A stretch of 64,000 bases of DNA, taken from assembly GCA_947085985.1 (NCBI GenBank), contig CAMTYL010000003.1:362108-426107 (forward strand), given 5' to 3'. This document shows positions 27,818 to 37,511 of this stretch, piece by piece (position 1 is the stretch's first letter; every line of letters starts with the position of its first letter). A program made the translations under genes and the position numbers. The notes beneath the pieces are model-generated. The model was given only the letters and a program-made list of their open reading frames with translations, was not told where the DNA came from and made no database searches. The stretch comes from an uncultured bacterium. Lineage in GTDB: Bacteria; Patescibacteriota; Minisyncoccia; Phycocordibacterales; Phycocordibacteraceae.

Positions 27818-30800
27818 ATGCTCTCGTTCTGGAAATTTTTTATAGACAAACACAATTTCACGATTCTTCTTGGCGTCGTGCTTGTACTTGGTGGTCTGTA
27901 CGCGCTTGTCGCAATTCCAAAGGAATCCGCACCTGAAGTGCAAATTCCCGTTGGTGTAGTCACCACAGCACTTCCCGGAGCTTCGGCGCAGGATATTGAG
28001 CAGCTTGTTACCGATAAGATTGAGGACCAAGTCATTGGTATTGCTGGTGTCACAAAAGTGACCTCAACCTCAGGCGACGGCGTCTCCTCGGTGGTGGTTG
28101 AATTTGAAGCAAACGCGGATATTGAAACCTCTATCCAGCTTCTTAAAGACGAAGTGGACAAGGCAAAACCTGAACTTCCTGAGGAAGCGAGTGAGCCAAA
28201 CGTCACGGACGTGAATTTTGCTGACCAACCGATTCTCATTGTTTCTATCTCGGGAAATCTAGCATCGAGTGAACTCACTGCGCTTGGCAAAACGGTCGGA
28301 GTCGAAATTGACCGCATTCCAGGCGTCTCTCGTGTTGTCCTCTCAGGTGCTCCCGACCGCGAGGTACAGGTTATTGTGCGTGCCGAAAAACTGCGTCAAT
28401 ACGGCCTCTCTCTTTCAGATGTTACGAATGCAATTGCCATGTCTGGCATTGCTGCGCCGGCGGGAACGATTACGGTAGACGGGGTCACCTACGCAGTCAG
28501 ACTTTCAACTGGCCTGTCCGCGCCAGAGGCAGTAGCTCGTATAACCATACCAGGGCCTGGCGGCACTCCCCTTGCCCTCGCAAACGTTGCGGACGTACGT
28601 GATGGACATGAAAACGCGTCTACGTACTCGCGTGTATCTGTCGCGGGTGAACCCTCTCTCCCTGCGCTCACCCTCTCCGTATACAAGAATCGCGGTGGCA
28701 ATATCGTGGAAACGGGCACCGCAGTGAAAGAGAAGCTGGCCGAGCTTGAGAAGAATGGAGTCCTCGCAGGCACCCATTCAGTCATTTCATACGACGCAGC
28801 TAAAGACGTTGCCGACGACTTAGGAAAGCTAACAAAGGCCGGAGTTGAAACAGTGGTACTCGTGATGCTCGTGCTCCTGCTTACCCTTGGGTGGCGCGAA
28901 TCTATCGTTGCGGCTCTCTCCGTCCCTCTTTCTTTCTTGATTGCGTTCATAGGACTCTATGCGGCGGGCAACACCATTAACTTTGTTTCTCTCTTCTCAC
29001 TCATCCTTGCAATCGGCATTCTTGTAGACACGGGTATTGTGGTGGTGGAGGCTATCCACACTCGCCTCGTAAAGTATGGCGATAAGCGGGCTGCAGCCAT
29101 AGCCTCGCTCAAGGAATATGCGTGGCCACTTATGGCAGGAACGTTTACCACCATTGCCGTGTTTGTTCCGCTCTTCTTCCTTTCAGGAGTTACGGGAAAA
29201 TTCATTGCTTCTATTCCGTTTACCGTTATCTTTGTACTCCTTGCGAGTATCTTTGTGGCTCTCGCGCTCGTTCCTCTTATTGCTATGTATGTGATTAGGG
29301 GTGAATTATCTCCACTGGAGAAGCGGCAAGAAGAGTGGAACGAGAAGGCAGCAAAGTGGTACGGAGGATTCCTACGCACCATGCTCGGAAACCGAAAGCG
29401 CGAGAACCGATTCCTTATTGGTATCGTGTTGCTGTTTGTCGTAGCGCTTATGCTTCCTGCGTTTGGCGCAGTCCAGTCAGTGTTCTTCCCTGCCGACGAC
29501 TCAGACATTATCACCGTGGAAATTGAGCGCCCACAAGGCACGGCACTGTCACAGACCGACCTCTCTGTCCGCGAAGTAGAGGAGCTTCTCTACGCCGACA
29601 AGCGCATTGAATCTTTTGTGACCGAAGTAGGTGCAGGTAGTTCATTCGCACAGTCTGGACTGTCTGGTTCAAAGGCTGCCAACATCACCATTAGCCTCGT
29701 TCCAGGTCACGAGGGCACCGATCGTGTTGTTTCTGACCTTAGAAAGAAACTTAGTAGTGTTTCTAGTGCGCGTATAACGGTTGACTACCCTAAGGGAGGG
29801 CCTCCCTCAGGCAACCCCATAGCTATCAGTTTTGTTGGTGACGACCTGGGTGCACTAAATAGCACCGTTGAGCGCGCCGCATCTGTGTTAAGCGATGTTC
29901 CTGGCGCAACAAATGTCACCACGAGCACCAAGGATTCTAACGCTGAATTCGTCGTACAACTTGATACTGCAAAGGCCTCTGAGCGCGGCGTTTCCCCGGC
30001 GATAGTTGCTGACACGCTGCGCACGGCGCTCTATGGAGCAAAGGCGACCTCTATTCGCCAAGGGAGCGACGATGTTGATGTATGGGTACGACTTGCCCTT
30101 AACCCAAACTATCGTGATCCCTCTGAAGTCACGCACACCACTATTGAGTCTGTGCGGGACTTAATGGTGCAAGGAAGCAAAGGCCCCGTATCACTTGGCA
30201 GTATCGCTAGTGTGTCCTTTGAGCCAGCCAACGCATCCATAAAGCACGAGGACGGCCTACGCATCGTTACGCTCTCTGCAGGAGTAAGTGGTAAAGAGAC
30301 TGCCTCAGGCGTCACGAATGCGTTTGTGAAAGAAATGAAGCAGCAGACACTGCCGGAAGGTATCACCATGAAAATCGGTGGCGAGGCAGAAGACGTGAAC
30401 CAGTCATTTGCTGAGATGGGTATTGCTCTATTAGTTGGAGCAGCCCTCATGCTGGCAATTTTGATTCTTGAATTCAATTCATTCCGTCAATCGCTCTACC
30501 TGCTTGCCGTCATTCCGCTTTCATTGATTGGTGTATTGGTAGGGTTGATGCTCACGGGCCTACCACTCTCGTTCCCGTCCATGCTCGGAATTATCGCACT
30601 TTCGGGTGTGCTTATTAATCACGCCATCATTTTGATGGACTCTATTGCTCGCATAGGACGTCAGCGCACTAACCAGTCGCTAACCGATGTAGTGGTTGAG
30701 GCATCCGTCTCTCGCCTCCGCCCAATTATTTTGACGACAGTCACTACCGTGGTGGGCATGATTCCCCTCTCGCTCGTGTCAGCACTGTGGGGACCACTTG

Positions 30801-30928
30801 CTATTTCTATTATGTTTGGACTCGCGTTCTCCACCGTACTTACGCTTGTCCTGATTCCGGTTCTGTACCATCGCTGGCCAGGTAAGGCGGTTGCAAAGCA
30901 ATACAAAAACGAAGAGGTGGTCGTTTAG
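27818..30928 (+). CDS. RND-family efflux transporter permease (AcrB-like, 1036 aa)
   Basis: 12-TM two-fold repeat architecture with large periplasmic loops; AcrB-like motifs. Confidence 0.85.
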   Translation: MLSFWKFFIDKHNFTILLGVVLVLGGLYALVAIPKESAPEVQIPVGVVTTALPGASAQDIEQLVTDKIEDQVIGIAGVTKVTSTSGDGVSSVVVEFEANADIETSIQLLKDEVDKAKPELPEEASEPNVTDVNFADQPILIVSISGNLASSELTALGKTVGVEIDRIPGVSRVVLSGAPDREVQVIVRAEKLRQYGLSLSDVTNAIAMSGIAAPAGTITVDGVTYAVRLSTGLSAPEAVARITIPGPGGTPLALANVADVRDGHENASTYSRVSVAGEPSLPALTLSVYKNRGGNIVETGTAVKEKLAELEKNGVLAGTHSVISYDAAKDVADDLGKLTKAGVETVVLVMLVLLLTLGWRESIVAALSVPLSFLIAFIGLYAAGNTINFVSLFSLILAIGILVDTGIVVVEAIHTRLVKYGDKRAAAIASLKEYAWPLMAGTFTTIAVFVPLFFLSGVTGKFIASIPFTVIFVLLASIFVALALVPLIAMYVIRGELSPLEKRQEEWNEKAAKWYGGFLRTMLGNRKRENRFLIGIVLLFVVALMLPAFGAVQSVFFPADDSDIITVEIERPQGTALSQTDLSVREVEELLYADKRIESFVTEVGAGSSFAQSGLSGSKAANITISLVPGHEGTDRVVSDLRKKLSSVSSARITVDYPKGGPPSGNPIAISFVGDDLGALNSTVERAASVLSDVPGATNVTTSTKDSNAEFVVQLDTAKASERGVSPAIVADTLRTALYGAKATSIRQGSDDVDVWVRLALNPNYRDPSEVTHTTIESVRDLMVQGSKGPVSLGSIASVSFEPANASIKHEDGLRIVTLSAGVSGKETASGVTNAFVKEMKQQTLPEGITMKIGGEAEDVNQSFAEMGIALLVGAALMLAILILEFNSFRQSLYLLAVIPLSLIGVLVGLMLTGLPLSFPSMLGIIALSGVLINHAIILMDSIARIGRQRTNQSLTDVVVEASVSRLRPIILTTVTTVVGMIPLSLVSALWGPLAISIMFGLAFSTVLTLVLIPVLYHRWPGKAVAKQYKNEEVVV

Positions 30929-32316
30929 GAAAAGCGCTGTACGTACGCCGCTACGTCAAACTTCTTTTCGCAACCTGAGCGCGCCATATAACGAACTGTT
31001 CCAAAGATAGGCCTCGTAAACCACGGCCGATCGTGGGTGCCTCCGATGGACCACGATATGCCAGCGTATCCATTAGGGTCTCTCCCATCAAGCTCGTAGG
31101 TGTCGTTTAAGTATATAGCTACCTTCATCGCACTCTCCGCGTCTTTACTCCATTCTAAAATTTTCTTTGCCCAGTACATGCGCATGTACCCGTGCATCTT
31201 TCCGGTCGTTGTCATTTCGCGCTGTGCAGCATTCCACAAGTCATCATGGGTCTCCGCGTTTTCCAACTGTTTGCGTGTATAGAGATACTCGCGCTCATCC
31301 CCTTCATGTGCAGCAAGCGTACTCCTTGCCCAATTCGGAAATCCTTCTACCGAAGCGTAGTCCTTGGTATAGAAACAAAAGTTATCCGCAAGTTCACGTC
31401 GCACAATTACATCTTCCAGAAAACTCGCAAGCGACGTGGCCTTCTCCCCAGAACCGTTTCGTTTTGGGTCCATCACACGAGCAACTACCTTCTGCGGCTC
31501 TCCCACGGTGCGGAGTGCGACGAGTGCAGCACGCTGAGGAGCTATGTGTCCATAATGAAAGTACGGTGACAGCCCCGACTGCCCCTCTTGATTTGGATCG
31601 TTTCTGGCCTCTCCATAGTCTGCAAGCCTGTGCTCTACAAAGGAGTGTAAGCGACGCATACCAGCCGTATACCCAGGAGTAATCCACGTTGCTTCGGGAA
31701 CGTCTGCCAACCCTTCTTGAGCAAGAACCGCGTCCCACGCAATCTTTGGAACATGTTTCGTGTACGGGTGCGGGTACCTCGTCAGGCGGGGAAATTCGTC
31801 CATGAACTCTGCAATACGTGCATGTATCTTTGGGCGAATAGTGCGTGCTGCATACTCGGCTTTAGTGGAAACTACTCTGACCGGCACAATGTTATGAGCA
31901 TCTACTTCGTACACGGGACAAGGAGCGCTACGGACAACATCTGCCACCCACGCTCGCTGTTTTGTGAGGGGTGAAAAGTCCGTTACCACAACAGACGCCT
32001 TATGCGTTACGAGAAATTCGCTGACGCCTTCTTCCCCTACAAGAAAGAACGGCGTCTCAACTTCCTCACACTGGCGAGCAACCTCCATAAGTCCACGCAC
32101 CTTGAACACGTGCTGGCGATAGCCACCACCGAGGAAACCTGGTGCTAGGTTGTAAGCAACAAGCACTGGCTGGCCCTGCTTCTTACCAAGCTCGCGCGCG
32201 TACTGGTACGCCCAATTGTCGTGAATTCGACAATCGCGATTCATCCAGTACACCACGGGGCCTTCGCCGACTTCCTCAGGACCACCAAGTAGAGTTATGC
32301 GTCCTTCGTGTACCAT
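30925..32316 (-). CDS. phr: Class II CPD deoxyribodipyrimidine photolyase
   Basis: SPYFHYGHI and FAD-binding C-terminal motifs typical of class II photolyases. Confidence 0.8.
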   Translation of the reverse strand: MVHEGRITLLGGPEEVGEGPVVYWMNRDCRIHDNWAYQYARELGKKQGQPVLVAYNLAPGFLGGGYRQHVFKVRGLMEVARQCEEVETPFFLVGEEGVSEFLVTHKASVVVTDFSPLTKQRAWVADVVRSAPCPVYEVDAHNIVPVRVVSTKAEYAARTIRPKIHARIAEFMDEFPRLTRYPHPYTKHVPKIAWDAVLAQEGLADVPEATWITPGYTAGMRRLHSFVEHRLADYGEARNDPNQEGQSGLSPYFHYGHIAPQRAALVALRTVGEPQKVVARVMDPKRNGSGEKATSLASFLEDVIVRRELADNFCFYTKDYASVEGFPNWARSTLAAHEGDEREYLYTRKQLENAETHDDLWNAAQREMTTTGKMHGYMRMYWAKKILEWSKDAESAMKVAIYLNDTYELDGRDPNGYAGISWSIGGTHDRPWFTRPIFGTVRYMARSGCEKKFDVAAYVQRFS

Positions 32317-32342
32317 GATTTCGTAAAGCGCAGCTAACGTAC

Positions 32343-32738
32343 CTATTCGGTGGTGTCACCCAAGAATTCCTCGTGGTCTGCTTCGGCGTCTGCTTTGGTC
32401 GCGTGAACCACTCCGTCCTCGTGGTGCGGTGGTGCGTAGAGTGAGTACAATTTCAGCGGCTCGGTGTCGGAGGTGTTTAAAACGTTGTGGAGCGTGCCGG
32501 CGGGCACGACCACCGCGTATCCGTCTGAAAGCGTATGCTCCGCGCCGTCCAGTACCGCCTTGCCTTCTCCCTCCTCAACGCGAATAAACTGGTCTTGTCC
32601 GTGCGTCTCCTCTCCAATGGATTCTCCAGCGGGAATGGACATCACCACTAATTGCATGTACGCGGAGGTGTAGAGCACCTTGCGAAATGCCTCGTTTTCT
32701 AGTGCCTCTTGTTCAATATTTCCTGTGTATCCGTTCAT
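32343..32738 (-). CDS. Cupin-domain protein
   Basis: 131 aa with two His-containing cupin motifs. Confidence 0.55.
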   Translation of the reverse strand: MNGYTGNIEQEALENEAFRKVLYTSAYMQLVVMSIPAGESIGEETHGQDQFIRVEEGEGKAVLDGAEHTLSDGYAVVVPAGTLHNVLNTSDTEPLKLYSLYAPPHHEDGVVHATKADAEADHEEFLGDTTE

Positions 32739-32747
32739 ACGTACGTG

Positions 32748-33170
32748 TTACTTAAATAATACAAGAAGCGTGCCCGCCACCAACAATACTACTCCAAGGA
32801 CACTTTTAAGCGTCAGCGCTTCTCCCAGAAAGAGCGCAGCAAAGAGAATAACGAGCACGACGCTCATCTTGTCTAGCACGGCCACCCCTCCTGCAGGGCC
32901 GGCCTTAAGTGCAATAAAATACAGTATCCACGATGCAGCTCCGGCAAGTGCTGAAAGAAAGATGAATACCCATGCCCGACTACTTACCGAAAATGGATCA
33001 AATCCCTCAAACTTGCGGAACGCAAATCCGGCAACAATAAGTATCATCGCCATCACAACACCACGAATAATGGTCGCTAGGGTTGGGTCAATTTCCTTAA
33101 GACCAATCTTCCCAAAGATAGCGACGCACGCAGCAGCAACTGCTGAGCCGGCGGCATAGAGCATCCACAT
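32748..33170 (-). CDS. EamA-like (DMT superfamily) 4-TM membrane protein
   Basis: 140 aa, four hydrophobic helices, EamA-domain-like. Confidence 0.55.
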   Translation of the reverse strand: MWMLYAAGSAVAAACVAIFGKIGLKEIDPTLATIIRGVVMAMILIVAGFAFRKFEGFDPFSVSSRAWVFIFLSALAGAASWILYFIALKAGPAGGVAVLDKMSVVLVILFAALFLGEALTLKSVLGVVLLVAGTLLVLFK

Positions 33171-33179
33171 ACCTCTAGT

Positions 33180-33599
33180 CTACCACCACCCAGAAAGCGT
33201 GAGGCCAAGGAGAATAGTTGCTACCCAGGCACACACGGACACACCCCCGCTCACAAAAAGTGGTCTGCGAGCTTTGGCCGAAAGTTCTGCGAAAGGTGTC
33301 GTCACGGCAATACGCGACAGGTGCCCAATAAAGAATGCGTTAATGATGAGCACCGACACAAAGCTCATTTTTGCCCAGTACACAGGTTGCGAGAAGTAGA
33401 ACTCAGGGTCTTCGAGCACCATGCGCGCTCCTGTAAGGATGATGCTCGCGAGTCCTATGGCGACAAGCGTATGAAGCACCATCACACGCTTTTGTGAGAG
33501 TGTTGAAATTTTTCCACGTACATACTGCAATCCTTGTTCGTCTGCATACAACACAACAAGCAGGGTGATGATGATGCTACCCACATGAAAAAGAGTCAT
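33180..33599 (-). CDS. Hypothetical integral membrane protein
   Basis: 139 aa, 4 predicted TM helices. Confidence 0.4.
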   Translation of the reverse strand: MTLFHVGSIIITLLVVLYADEQGLQYVRGKISTLSQKRVMVLHTLVAIGLASIILTGARMVLEDPEFYFSQPVYWAKMSFVSVLIINAFFIGHLSRIAVTTPFAELSAKARRPLFVSGGVSVCAWVATILLGLTLSGWW

Positions 33600-33670
33600 A
33601 TGGGTCTAGTATATACGCACAAACGGCCCTTTCGGGCCGTTTGTTACCTGCTCTATAGGAGGCGAGAATC

Positions 33671-34057
33671 TTAAAAGAATCCGAAGCCGTAGCCAGCAAG
33701 GTAAATACCTGCAAGCACCGCCACAATACCACTCGCCATGAACCACTGACGGTTTCCGAAGGAACGAACCATCTTCTGTACCTGTTTTACAGGAAGTGAG
33801 AGGTACACGATACCTTCAATAATCATCATGTAACCAATAAGCGAAATGAGACCTGCTGGTGTCATAGACACTTCCTGGAACACAAGCACAATCGCAAGAC
33901 CAGCAGCAAGCTCAAGTGCTCCAAGGAGCAGCGTGAGCGCACGGTTCTTTGCGATGTCCATGATTGCAGGCATGATGGACTTCTTCTTGGTGAGCACAAG
34001 CGCTCCCATAATAATGAGATACAAACCGAACAGTTTTGCAATGAATAATTCGAGCAT
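33671..34057 (-). CDS. DoxX-family membrane protein
   Basis: 128 aa, 4 TM, DoxX-like. Confidence 0.55.
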   Translation of the reverse strand: MLELFIAKLFGLYLIIMGALVLTKKKSIMPAIMDIAKNRALTLLLGALELAAGLAIVLVFQEVSMTPAGLISLIGYMMIIEGIVYLSLPVKQVQKMVRSFGNRQWFMASGIVAVLAGIYLAGYGFGFF

Positions 34058-34125
34058 ACGGATTAATTAAGTAGGTATACCAATACGATACCACTCACAA
34101 TTGCTTTGCAACGAGTTATACACTT

Positions 34126-35511
34126 CTAGTCTTTTTGGAGTGCCGGGTCAAAAATAGACGGAGGAAGCGTGTCTCCATTTAACAGTCGTGCAGTGCGCGA
34201 GGCACCCATGATAGACGGGAGCAGTCCCACGCCATTGCAACCAAGATTGTAGTGGAGCACAGGATTAAGTGGCTCTTGCCCTACCAAGCGCACGCGACTG
34301 CGTGTGTATCCCATAAGTCCGTGCCAGCAAAATTTGTAGGGAGTTTGTGTGCCTGGGTATCGCTTGTAATCGTTTGCAAGAAACTCAGTGATGTCGTCTC
34401 GGTATTTCTCGTCACACCCATCGCTTCGCACGTATGTCTTCAATTCTGGCAACTCCTTGTCTGGTCCCCCGACACAAATAAGGTTACGGGCTTCGTCTCC
34501 TGTTTGGTGAAAGGGTCTTCTAGTTAGATAGAAGTAGTCGTCTCCCATGGAATCATTGCTTCGTACATCGCTTGATTTTCCATAGTAGCTAATAGCTACG
34601 GGACTTGCAGTTCCTTCTTCTAGATAGCCAGCCATATAGCCAATGAGTCCCTGCACCTCGTGATGGAACTCGGTGTTTATATCAGGCCCGTCGTCGTTCG
34701 TAATGGTGAAATTTTCAAAACCGTTTGTTGCAAGCACCACGTGTGCCGCCGCCACGTCGTGACCGTTTGCAGTAAGGGACGCCCTACCCTCATGAAGCCT
34801 AACGTGCGACACGAGTGTCTCCTCGTGTAGACGAAAACGCTCTGGGTACGCGACAAGCAAATACCCCAGCACCTCTTCAGCCAAAAGCGCACTATTGCCG
34901 CAACCCTTATCTTCCGCAATCATTGCTATGTACTTGCGACTAGTAGTTTCAAGTACTCCGAGAATTTCTTCATGCTCTGCTTCTTCATAGAGCCCTGCGT
35001 ACTCTAGAGGAATAGCTGCCGTCCCCTCCCACCCGCGTGCAAGTACGATACGCTTCGCTGCCAGTCCGCCTAGAACACGCAGACGGTTATCTTCTAAATG
35101 CTCTATAAGTTGCTCCGTGATGCACAGACCTGCGTATCCAGTAAACCGGTGAATAGGGGTGGTCAGCTTTGCCTCGTCTATTACTTCATCAAGAAGTGTC
35201 CACGCATTCTCAACGGCACGGACGCCTTCACTAGCAAGTTCCAGACCAAAATCGTCTACCAGACTTTTGAACGAACGCTCAAAGTAGCTCACCAACTGTC
35301 CTGCGTTGTGTCCGGTTGCTCCATGCGCCACCTTTGTGCCTTCAATCAAGAGTACGGCCCGGTTGGTCTCGCGAAGTGTTGCATACGCCGTCATAATGCC
35401 CGCAATACCTCCACCAACTATCACTACGTCGGCAAGCAGGTCCTCGTCGAGCGGAACAACGGGGCGCGTGCGATTAAGTTGAGCAATCCAGGGTGAAGTA
35501 TTCGGTAGCAT
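34126..35511 (-). CDS. FAD-dependent oxidoreductase
   Basis: N-terminal Rossmann dinucleotide motif VVIVGGGIAGIMTAYA. Confidence 0.65.
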   Translation of the reverse strand: MLPNTSPWIAQLNRTRPVVPLDEDLLADVVIVGGGIAGIMTAYATLRETNRAVLLIEGTKVAHGATGHNAGQLVSYFERSFKSLVDDFGLELASEGVRAVENAWTLLDEVIDEAKLTTPIHRFTGYAGLCITEQLIEHLEDNRLRVLGGLAAKRIVLARGWEGTAAIPLEYAGLYEEAEHEEILGVLETTSRKYIAMIAEDKGCGNSALLAEEVLGYLLVAYPERFRLHEETLVSHVRLHEGRASLTANGHDVAAAHVVLATNGFENFTITNDDGPDINTEFHHEVQGLIGYMAGYLEEGTASPVAISYYGKSSDVRSNDSMGDDYFYLTRRPFHQTGDEARNLICVGGPDKELPELKTYVRSDGCDEKYRDDITEFLANDYKRYPGTQTPYKFCWHGLMGYTRSRVRLVGQEPLNPVLHYNLGCNGVGLLPSIMGASRTARLLNGDTLPPSIFDPALQKD

Positions 35512-35563
35512 AGTCTCCCTATTCTACCAGGCGGGTATCTCGCAGCCACCCCGTGGAAAAGAT

Positions 35564-35611
35564 ACACAAAATCTAAACACTACCATATATGGTAGTGTTT
35601 AGATTTTGTGT
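35564..35611. repeat. Palindromic repeat family copy 3 (48-bp perfect palindrome), intergenic
   Basis: acacaaaatctaaacactaccata|tatggtagtgtttagattttgtgt. Confidence 0.8.
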
Positions 35612-35631
35612 CTTTCTTGTGCTTCAGCGCT

Positions 35632-35991
35632 CTATTCTCCGTACCAGCTCTTCTGCCAAGACCTCATCTGAGCAATTTCTGCCGTTTGAGCTGAAATAAT
35701 CTCTTCTGCCATTTGCTTAAGTTCTACGTGTGCACCGCCCTGTAGTACTGCCTGTGCCATCTCCACAGCACCTTCGTGGTGAACTATCATCTCACTAAGA
35801 AACGCACGATCTAACGCGTCCCCTGTTTTTCCTTCAAGCGAAGACATCATGCCGTCCATAGCATGATGCATACCACTTTGTTCATTGCCGACCACCTTCT
35901 CTTGGTTGCTAGCGCCAATTGAATATCCCACCACCCCTGCCAGAATAACCGCGACTGCAAGAATACCCACCTGTGTTTTCTTTGTTTCCAT
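35632..35991 (-). CDS. DUF305-family protein (secreted, His-rich four-helix)
   Basis: MIVHHEGAVEMAQ...AEEIISAQTAEIAQM pattern. Confidence 0.55.
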   Translation of the reverse strand: METKKTQVGILAVAVILAGVVGYSIGASNQEKVVGNEQSGMHHAMDGMMSSLEGKTGDALDRAFLSEMIVHHEGAVEMAQAVLQGGAHVELKQMAEEIISAQTAEIAQMRSWQKSWYGE

Positions 35992-36009
35992 AGAAACTCA
36001 GTATACCAT

Positions 36010-36801
36010 CTATCCCTTCCGCGGTGGCAGTGGAAGAAAGACGCTTGTTTTTGCCTTATAGGCTTCCCACTCAGGGTTCCCTGCAAATTTGGCTTCAAGC
36101 ATGGGCACACCGGAAACTTTAAGGAGTAAGAACGTGATGAGAACTGGTCCCAAAAGCGGTACCAGAGCGTATGGGAGCGCGAGCGTAAACAACAGCGTGT
36201 CTATGGCAACAATCGCCAAGCCCCACCACATGACCGATTCTCCAAAGTAGTTTGGGTGGCGCGTAAACTTCCAGAGTCCACGGTTCATAACATGCCCCTT
36301 GTTTGCAGGGTCCTTCATGAATCTAGCTAGCTGAGCATCCCCCACTGCTTCAAAAAAGAATCCTATTGACCAAAGCGATAGACCCACAAGCCCAAGAACA
36401 CCAATGCCGAGGTCAGCTCCATGAATATTAAGCAGGGTCACGGGTAGTGCAACGATAAAGATAACGAGCCCCTGCAACAGGTACACCTGCAAAAAACTGC
36501 GCACGACAAACGTTTTACCCCAAGCCGATCTCCACGCCGCATAGCGAAAGTCTTCTGGCTTGCCGCGCCCACGCATATAAATCCGCAGTGACAGACGGAG
36601 CGCCCACACGGTAGCAAGCACGCTTACCAGGAAGCCCACAATATTTTCTGTCCCAAAGTAATAGCTCACCCATGCCAACAGTGCAAAGCCCCATCCGTAG
36701 GCAATGTCCGCAGTGCCGTTATCCTTTCGGATAAGCGATACACCGAATGCTCCACACATGTACACGAACAACACGCCAAGCAATATAAGTAGTGGTTCCA
36801 T
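36010..36801 (-). CDS. Membrane protein of the ICMT/DUF1295/steroid-5-alpha-reductase-like family
   Basis: C-terminal FTRHPNYFGE motif. Confidence 0.55.
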   Translation of the reverse strand: MEPLLILLGVLFVYMCGAFGVSLIRKDNGTADIAYGWGFALLAWVSYYFGTENIVGFLVSVLATVWALRLSLRIYMRGRGKPEDFRYAAWRSAWGKTFVVRSFLQVYLLQGLVIFIVALPVTLLNIHGADLGIGVLGLVGLSLWSIGFFFEAVGDAQLARFMKDPANKGHVMNRGLWKFTRHPNYFGESVMWWGLAIVAIDTLLFTLALPYALVPLLGPVLITFLLLKVSGVPMLEAKFAGNPEWEAYKAKTSVFLPLPPRKG

Positions 36802-36807
36802 ATACCT

Positions 36808-37506
36808 TTAGTCTACTACGGGAACCTCTACGATAAGTAGTACGCTATCTTCTTGTGCAAAGAGACTGATACTGCCTGTATCTGACACGCAAAGCGCGTC
36901 TCGTTTGCTAAGAGCGGTCTCACCTACACGAGCTGAACCAGAAACAACAAAGATATACATTCCGTTTCCTGCTTTTCGCACAGCATGCATTTTCTCATCT
37001 CCTGCGTGAAGTACGACACGCTCGATAAAGGCTTCCTGCATGATAGACAGACTTCCATCCCGCCCATCAGGCGAGACCAGAAGAGAGGCACTTGCATCAA
37101 ACACTCTCTGCTCGTACCGAGGAGCAAGATCTACTTCTCGGGGAGTAATCCATAACTGGAACAACTCAAGCGGTTCTGTCTGCGATTCATTCTTCTCCGC
37201 ATGGACTACACCAGTCCCCGCAGTCATTACCTGCAACTCCCCGGCATGGACTACACCCTTGTTTCCCATACTATCCTCGTGCGTCACCGCTCCCTTAGTG
37301 ACGATAGTGATAATTTCCATGTTTACATGCGGATGCATACCAAAACCAGAGGCGCGCGCGATGGTGTCGTCGTTAAGTACGCGCAGCGCCCCAAACCCCA
37401 TACGGGACGGTTCGTACCAGTTGGCAAAGCTAAAACTAAATCTGCTAGAAAGCCATCCGTGCTCTGCTACTCCGCGGGAGGTGGCACTGTGAAATATCGT
37501 CTGCAT
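36808..37506 (-). CDS. Pirin-family protein (bicupin)
   Basis: GFGMHPHVNMEIITIV N-terminal cupin metal-site motif. Confidence 0.75.
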   Translation of the reverse strand: MQTIFHSATSRGVAEHGWLSSRFSFSFANWYEPSRMGFGALRVLNDDTIARASGFGMHPHVNMEIITIVTKGAVTHEDSMGNKGVVHAGELQVMTAGTGVVHAEKNESQTEPLELFQLWITPREVDLAPRYEQRVFDASASLLVSPDGRDGSLSIMQEAFIERVVLHAGDEKMHAVRKAGNGMYIFVVSGSARVGETALSKRDALCVSDTGSISLFAQEDSVLLIVEVPVVD

Positions 37507-37511
37507 TTGTA